Assembly: GCF_048593235.1 (NCBI RefSeq)
Contig: NC_133617.1
Span: 627,792,958-627,856,957, forward strand
Length of the DNA: 64,000 nt
Direction: 5' to 3'
Origin: Sminthopsis crassicaudata
Taxonomy: Eukaryota
Position numbers and translations under genes: made by a program. The notes beneath the pieces are model-generated. The model searched no databases. It worked only from the letters and a program-made list of their open reading frames with translations, and was not told the origin of the DNA. Of this stretch, positions 57,701-64,000 are shown piece by piece (position 1 is the stretch's first letter; every line of letters begins with the position of its first letter).

Positions 57701-60299
57701 AGAGTGGAAGGAACATGAATTTGAAAGAACTAAGTTCAGATCTTTTCAAATATATTACATGTGATCTTTGGCCAGTCACTTGTTTAAACCTGAGTGTTGT
57801 CATCTGTAGAACGAGAATGACTTTGTCCATTTCACAGGGTCAGGCTCTAAAACTCTATAGAAATGATGAAGGCCGGAGCGGAAGCTGAGCTGGCCCAGGG
57901 AGGAGCCACAGTTTCCAGAAGTTGGTGTTGGCTGGGGCAGGAACTGTCACTCATACCTGGTGTCAGCAGTGCCCCGGCGCACGTGGGCCCCTCACTCCCC
58001 TCATCTTCCTCTTTTCTCCTTCCCAGTCTCATCTTTGGGCTGATCACCTGTGTGACTGGGATTCTGGGAGTGGCTTCAGGGGTAGAGATCAGCCGCCATC
58101 TTCGCCGCACCAATCCCAGGGCTGATCCCTTGGTCTGTGCAGCCGGATTGCTGGGCTCTGCCCCCTTTCTGTTCCTGGCCTTGGCTTGTGCCCAAGATAG
58201 CATTATACTTACTTACGTGAGTGTCCTCAGTTTTTCCCTGTTTCCAAGTACCCCCAACCCTCAACCAACATGCAGGAGCGCCCACACAGCCCTCCTGCAG
58301 CAACCTTGAGCCAGGGTGGGAGGGGAGGAATGGCACAAAAGTCTTGTTCCCCAGCCTTGATCCCACACCTTCTCACTTAGGTTTTCATCTTCATTGGAGA
58401 AATTCTGCTGTGCATGAACTGGGCCATCGTAGCAGACATTCTGCTGGTGAGAGGGTGACCCATCTCTGACCACCCTCTCTGGCATGGTGATGACTGTCCT
58501 CATTAGCACTTTGTCTAGAGAGATCTTGGCGAGGCTTCTGGTCCCAAGGGCCTGGAGCTGTGTTCTGTCCTAGTGTAGAGAATTGGCCCTGACCCCATCT
58601 TGCTCTCCCTGCTGGGCTTTTTTGTTGGTTGCTTGCTTCCCGAGTGTGTCGCTGCTCTTGGGAGGGAACTCAAGTCCTTTGGTGGGTCGGGCACTTCACC
58701 TGTCCCATAAGGAGAGTGGCCTTTCTCTCGTCTCCCTCTGTGTAGTTTGGGCAGAGCAACTTTATTCAAAAAGTATCGGTGGAATGCCAAGTTTGTCACC
58801 CCACTCCCCACCCCCCCCCGGTGTTTCTTCTTAGCAACTCTGACCTCTTGTGAAATCTGAGTCTCAATTCCCTCCCCAGTATGTAGTCATTCCCACACGC
58901 CGATCAACAGCGGAAGCCTTCCAGATTGTTCTGTCCCATCTGTTGGGGGATGCTGGCAGCCCCTACCTCATCGGGGTGGTGAGTGTGAATCTTCTGGGAG
59001 CTTTAGCCCTGCCTAGGTCATCCGGGGCCGAACAGCTTAGGAAGCATTGAGGCTGGGGCAGGGGAGGAGGGAGAGATTCCCCGTCAGTCAGGAGGATGGG
59101 TCTGATTTTGGCAATCGCCGATGCATGGTGCATCCGCTGTCTTCTGAGGAGCGAAGAGCTGTCATGTGGAAAGGGATTATGTGGGGTGTTCTTAACTGAA
59201 GGAAGCAGGTTTTTGGCTCAATGAAAGAAAAAGCTTTCCAAAAATTGAATGAACTGCCCTGTAGGGTGATGAACTCCTTCCTCATCCTTGGGCCTTCTTC
59301 AAATGAAGACTGAGGAGCGCATTAGGGAACTTTTTAGGTTTGCTCGTGCCATTTCCGCAAGATCTCTTAAGTCCTTCCAGTGCCAATCGGGTAGGAGAGG
59401 ACGGCATAGTTCTTGGCCTGGAGCTTTTGAGGGAGATAAGATTAATTTAGAACTAGAATACAGCTCGAAGCAGCCTTTGAGCCAGTGTGAGATAGCGAGG
59501 TGCAAATAGTGCAGATAATCTGACCATCTCTGTCTCCTCCTCCTCCTGCTTATGTGACTGTCTGTCCCTCACCCTGTGTCCCATTCTGCTCTTGTCTCTC
59601 TGCCACCCTTACTTCCCCCGGCCCTCCCACCCCATCTCTGCCCACTTTTGTCTTGCTTTCCCTTATTTCTGACTACCTCCATGCTCCATTAGCTGAAGGT
59701 GTCTCAGCCCTCCACCCACTCCTCCAGCCCCCCAAGTCTGTGACTACTGCTTGTTGTCTCCCCTCTCCTAGATTTCTGACCGTCTACGCCGTGACTGGCC
59801 CCCTTCCTTCCTCTCCCAGTTCCGGGCCCTGCAGTTCTCCCTCATGCTTTGTGCCTTTGTTGGGGCACTTGGGGGTGCTGCTTTCTTGGGCACTGCCATG
59901 TACATTGAAGATGATCGAAAGAGAGCTCAGCTCCATGTGCAAGGTGAGCTTCTTCACTGACGGTCTCGGGCCTCAGCTCTGGGCACAGCAGAGAGCTTGG
60001 GCTCTGTCTCCCGCTCTCCCTTCCCTGAGATAGGTTTGTCTTCTCCCTTCTCTTTCCAGTCCCCAGGTTTTGCCCGAATCCTCCTCCCTCTTTCCCCCAG
60101 CCCCCTCCCTGTCTTTGCCCATTTGCTCCTGCCCTGCCTCCCTGCAGGCCTGTGTCTTGCCTCATGTCCCCTCTCAGATCTCATTGGCTCTCCTCTCTCC
60201 CCAGGACTCGTGAGGGACGTGTCCCCTCCAGATGATCGGATCGTGGTCCCTCAGCGTGGTCGTTCTACCAAGGTCCCAGTGTCCAGCGTGCTCATCTGA
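54551..60299 (+). CDS. SPNS1: Spinster homolog 1 (lysosomal MFS lysophospholipid transporter), 528 aa; join(54551..54791,55173..55238,55357..55493,55901..56052,56221..56287,56493..56638,57204..57359,58027..58216,58381..58446,58880..58978,59772..59943,60205..60299)
   Basis: [83 protein letters not shown]; 1587 nt in frame; PAS AATAAA 60692-60697. Confidence 0.98.
55173..55238 (+). CDS. SPNS1: SPNS1 coding exon 2
   Basis: [21 protein letters not shown]. Confidence 0.96.
55357..55493 (+). CDS. SPNS1: SPNS1 coding exon 3
   Basis: [22 protein letters not shown]...SSFIPRE. Confidence 0.96.
55901..56052 (+). CDS. SPNS1: SPNS1 coding exon 4
   Basis: [24 protein letters not shown]...FAIPVG. Confidence 0.96.
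56221..56287 (+). CDS. SPNS1: SPNS1 coding exon 5
   Basis: [22 protein letters not shown]. Confidence 0.96.
56493..56638 (+). CDS. SPNS1: SPNS1 coding exon 6
   Basis: [27 protein letters not shown]...DLRALAR. Confidence 0.96.
57204..57359 (+). CDS. SPNS1: SPNS1 coding exon 7
   Basis: [25 protein letters not shown]...CSSSD. Confidence 0.96.
58027..58216 (+). CDS. SPNS1: SPNS1 coding exon 8
   Basis: [15 protein letters not shown]...[18 protein letters not shown]...ILTY. Confidence 0.96.
58381..58446 (+). CDS. SPNS1: SPNS1 coding exon 9
   Basis: [22 protein letters not shown]. Confidence 0.96.
58880..58978 (+). CDS. SPNS1: SPNS1 coding exon 10
   Basis: [33 protein letters not shown]. Confidence 0.96.
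59772..59943 (+). CDS. SPNS1: SPNS1 coding exon 11
   Basis: [30 protein letters not shown]...AQLHVQ. Confidence 0.96.
60205..60299 (+). CDS. SPNS1: SPNS1 coding exon 12
   Basis: [30 protein letters not shown]. Confidence 0.96.
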
Positions 60300-61350
60300 T
60301 GGAGTGGATGATGGCCTGAGGCCACTTTATGTTCTGGCCCCCTTAGGGGGATAGGTGGGCGGTGGGCAGGGCAGGACTGGACTGTTGCCCACAGACCTGG
60401 GACCACAGGAGTGGGACAGTGGCTGAGCTTTGTCCCTTCCTCCCTCCGGGTACACACGCACACAGACGCACTACATGCACATCAATATTGGTCAGGGAAT
60501 GGTTCTGGATCAGGCAGGGTCAGGTGGTTGGAAGACCACGGGACAGGCACCCTCCACTTTGTGCAGGGAGGAAAGATCTTTTTCCTCTGCCTCTGCCGGA
60601 CTGTATAGGTGGGCTCCAAGCCGCCCTCCTGGGGTCAGGGGCGAGGTGCCCCCACCGTCCAGGCGGGAGGGCTTGGTGCTATTTTTATTTGAATAAACTT
60701 TGTAACCAGAGCCTCGTGTCAGCTTGTGTCCTTTTCCCTTCCAGGCGCCTGCCCTCCCCCCCCCCAACTTGAGAGAGAAGGGGAGGAGCCCCGTGTGGCG
60801 GATTCCGCCTGTTGGTTAGAACTTGGGGTGGCTGTTTTCGGAGGCCTTCCTGCTCCGGCAGTCGGATTCCGTTAGGTCCAATGTGACATTGACTCACCCC
60901 TGACTTTTCCTCACAGACACTCCAGAAGCCTGTCTGCTTGCCCCCCCCCCCCCCCACTCCCCCTTGCAGCAGTGCTGCTCCCAGGCCGATAAAATAGGCT
61001 TGTGCTGCTCCTCGGCCCTTCGCCCGGCCGGCTCTTCCCAAAGGTGGGAGTTGAGGCTGAGAGATCAAAGTTCCACTGACTCCTCTTCTCCCCTCCCCAC
61101 TGTGTGTTGTCTTTCACATGAACAAGACCCCATTGGGGAACGCGCCCCTGACATCTACGTACGGTCCAGCCCAAGTCCTACAGAAGGACCTTCAAGAACA
61201 GCTGGGGATTCTTGATTAGAGGCCTCCAAGAAACACCCCGCTAGGATGGCTGGGCAGGGGCAATGGGGGAGGCCTGGGGCGCCCCCTCCCCCTGGGGGGC
61301 ACACGGAGGGGGGGGTGGGAGGCGGGCGCAGCCATGCGAGGAGCCACGAT

Positions 61351-61389
61351 AACTTCCTGTCCCCGCCCGGAGCTCACCACAGCTTCCTG
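61351..61389 (+). promoter_or_regulatory. LAT upstream element: ETS (ACTTCCTG) - GC box (CCCCGCCC) - RUNX (ACCACA) - ETS (GCTTCCTG) cluster
   Basis: Direct motif matches ~550-590 nt upstream of the LAT ATG. Confidence 0.55.
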
Positions 61390-61936
61390 CTGCGGGCAGG
61401 CAGGCGCTGAGTGTAGGAGAGGAGGGGAGCAGGGGACGGACCTCCGGGACCAGGGACCAGGTACGGGGACGAGGAGGGAGAGAAGGGGGTTTCTGGCGCT
61501 CGAGCAGGAGCCCCCCGGCCCCTGCTGCGGCGACCACGGTGAACCTGGGTTTGCTCTCCCCATCCTGGGAGCGCTGGGGAGCCTTCGGCCGGGCCCTTTG
61601 CCGACAAGGGCTTCCCTTGAGGGCAGCCTGAGCCTGCTGGGGCGCAGGGACAGCCTGCGGAGCCCGCCGCTCCCACTGACACCACACCCTGAACCCCAGG
61701 GGCCTCCATCCCGTAGGAGGGCCTGGCTTAGTGACACCTTTACCTGCTGGCGCTCAGGTGTCCTCTGCCTCCAATCCCACCTTTTCCGCTCCCATTGTCT
61801 TGGGGGAAAAGTTGGGGATCCCAGCAGAGAATTCTGGCTCTGTCTGGTCAGATGGGGAAGGGAAGGGGGGTGGGGCACGGTGGGAAGGCTTTGGGGCAGG
61901 CCTTCCAGGTGCCTGACGGCCTTGGCCTGTGCCCAG

Positions 61937-62039
61937 ATGGAGACCGCCTCTCTGGGCCCCAGCCTCCTCTGGCTCCTCGTCCTCCTGTTCCCAGCCCTGC
62001 TTGTCACTGCCCTGTGTCTGTGCTGCCGGGACCTTCCTG
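61937..62039 (+). CDS. LAT: LAT coding exon 1 (103 nt)
   Basis: cagATGG...CCT G|gtaagt. Confidence 0.88.
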
Positions 62040-62471
62040 GTAAGTGGGGTACTCGTCTCTCGGGAGCCCCTCGTCCTGGCCCTCCAGGAGCCATCCCCTC
62101 ACCTGCACTCCCACGCCCACAAATTCATCCACGTCCTCCGGGGGGCTCACTCCCCTTGTGCCTTGCTTAGCCCAAAGGGACCCCCGTCCCGTCCCACCCT
62201 TTCAACCTTTCCCGCCTCCTCCCTGCAGGCCCCAACTCCGAGGGCCCCTCAGTTGACGGGTGAGTGTCTGATTCTTCTCGTCCCCACACGACGGCGGGAT
62301 GCAGCGGCTGGAGGGGGCCGGCCGAGCGGGGGCTGGGCGGCGAGGGGACGCGGGGCGCTGGGTGGGGGTGGGGGTGGAAGTGGGGCCTCCTCCCTGCCCC
62401 CCAGCCCACGCTGCCTTCTTTCCCCAGCCCGCAGCAGCCAGGCGGTGGATTAGTCATCCTCAAACCCCGCT
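61937..62471 (+). CDS. LAT: Linker for activation of T cells, 5' part; join(61937..62039,62229..62259,62428..62471); later exons not found in the window
   Basis: METASLGPSLLWLLVLLFPALLVTALCLCCRDLPG: short ectodomain, TM helix and CxxC palmitoylation motif; position right after SPNS1; two small in-phase exons (PNSEGPSVD; PQQPGGGLVILKPR). Confidence 0.85.
62229..62259 (+). CDS. LAT: LAT coding exon 2 (31 nt)
   Basis: ctccctgcag|GC...GACGG|gtgagt, phase 1-2. Confidence 0.7.
62428..62471 (+). CDS. LAT: LAT coding exon 3 (44 nt)
   Basis: ttctttccccag|C...CGCT|gtgagt, phase 2-1. Confidence 0.68.
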
Positions 62472-64000
62472 GTGAGTATGGCAGCAGCTCCCTCAGCCCC
62501 CTCCTCACACTGCCCTTTCATAAGGGAAGGGAGTCTGGGGACTTTGTGTCGTGAGCGTGTGGCTGTGTGACAAGGGGGGACCGGGAGATTCCAGGGGCCG
62601 GGATTTCGCTCCCAATCTCCTCCTTTGGGAACCTCGGCAGCGTCACTGAATTTAGAGCTGGAAGAGCTTTCAGAGTCCTCCCCCTTCTACGGACCATAAA
62701 ACTGAGGCACAAGTTTGGGGCTGGGGGAATGGGTCCTTGGGGGCAGGGGCCACGGCTGTTCTTTGGTGACCCTCTAAGGGGGGAGTTCTTTTCCTTCTTT
62801 GTGGCCTCAGGGGCCCCTTTGGACCCTGTGGACCCCTCCCTCCGGTGATGTCTGCGGCCCGAGTTCAGGCGTTATAGAGGTGTAACCTTTTCTGTCCAAG
62901 CTCCCGGACCTTCCCTCCGAGGCGTATCCACAGACCCCATGTCAAGAACTTGTCCTTCGAGACTCTTAGCTCACCGGGATCTTCAGCCTCCTAACAGTTC
63001 TGAAGGACGAGGCTGCTTCGTCTTTGTGCTTCTTCCTCCCCACAGAGTAGGCAGCTTAATGAATTCGATTCCCGGATTCGAATGAGCCGGGTGCACATCC
63101 TTCAGCTTAATTCATTGCGCACTTGATTCGGCGGCGCCGGGCGGTCCTTGCTCACAGGGGGCAGGGGGCGACGGAAACTAGTGCCGGGTGGCTTAGGAGA
63201 GGCGGGGGTTAGTGACTGAAGGGGCTGAGGAAAGTCTTCTGGGAGGAGACGGCGCAAGAGCTCAGGGGGGGCCAAGTTCCGAGAGCCCACTGAGACCCGC
63301 TTGGCCCTCATCTCCACCTCGTATGGGTTTGGGAAAAGCAATAGGGAGAAACAGCCCTTACAGGCCAGACAGGATTGGGAAGTTTGGCAGATGACAGGCT
63401 ACAGCTTTCGGATCCTTCGGTGCTTTATCGCCATATTTGTTTTATTTGGTTTTGCTTTTTTGTTTTTTAGCCTCACGTCCTCAAATTTCCATTGGGAAGC
63501 TCGAGGGAAGGGGAAGATTTCTCACTAAAGCCAGAAGAATTTCATGTGTCTTAGGGAGGACTTAGCAAGAATTCCCAAATCAGAGACCGCGTGGAAATAT
63601 CCCAGGCGTGGGGGCAAAAGTGCTGGGGTTCAAAGCTCACCCGGTGTTACTTATTAGCTGGGGTCCTGGCATAGGCCCTTCTCCGTTAAAGGAGGGAATT
63701 AAACGAACTTGAACTCGGAGTCTCTTACAGTTCTAAGTTCTGTGATCTTATGCGTGGATAGGAAGGGCTTTCAGAAATGACTGCTCGTCATCGTATTTTA
63801 AAAATATTAACACAAATAAAAAAGTTTTAGATAGTAAGAATAACATTTTCTTAAAAAGAAACAAAAGAGCCTTCCCCTTGCGAACGAGGTGCCTGCCCTG
63901 AAATGTCCTCCCTTACTCTCACCTCCTGAATTCCCACCTGTCCTTTTCTAAAACCCTCGTCTCTGCTCCCATACTTGGGGAGCCCTGACCCCCTCCTGCT

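Noticed and set aside
61216-62170. 292-aa (-) and 278-aa (+) ORFs upstream of and overlapping LAT
   Set aside because: GC-rich chance ORFs. Only the MET...DLP segment resembles LAT, and a long N-terminal extension would not fit a type III membrane adaptor.
62472-64000. Search for LAT exon 4 (Pro-rich PPVTSYPPL-like)
   Set aside because: No in-phase exon with matching peptide was found; probably lies beyond the window end.

Overview
Vertebrate (mammalian) genomic DNA. The tRNA-derived WSINE1/Mar-type SINEs, RTE-tailed SINEs and OC1-like hAT MITEs point to a marsupial, probably a dasyurid (inference). The window carries the gene order of the human 16p11.2 block: 3' end of ATP2A1/SERCA1 (+, exons 16-23), RABEP2 (-, 13 coding exons, tail-to-tail with ATP2A1), CD19 (+, ~14.2-35.1 kb, two apparent +1 homopolymer frameshifts, 13-kb TE-rich intron 3), NFATC2IP/NIP45 (+, 8 exons, antisense SNW1 retrocopy in intron 2), SPNS1 (+, 12 coding exons, 528 aa) and the first three exons of LAT (+). 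I mapped exons by hand from translation, GT-AG sites and phase continuity. Human comparisons and repeat-family names are from memory and need database confirmation. There are three N gaps. I found no wholly new gene system. The best leads are splicing-level: a candidate extra RABEP2 microexon with a 14-bp inverted repeat linking its branch region to an upstream 5' splice site, and an in-frame 87-nt intron (exitron) in NFATC2IP exon 1. Other leads are the CD19 frameshifts, OC1-like transposons, a tailless L1 with a TSD, a back-to-back poly(A) signal and a 20-bp-period ETS array.
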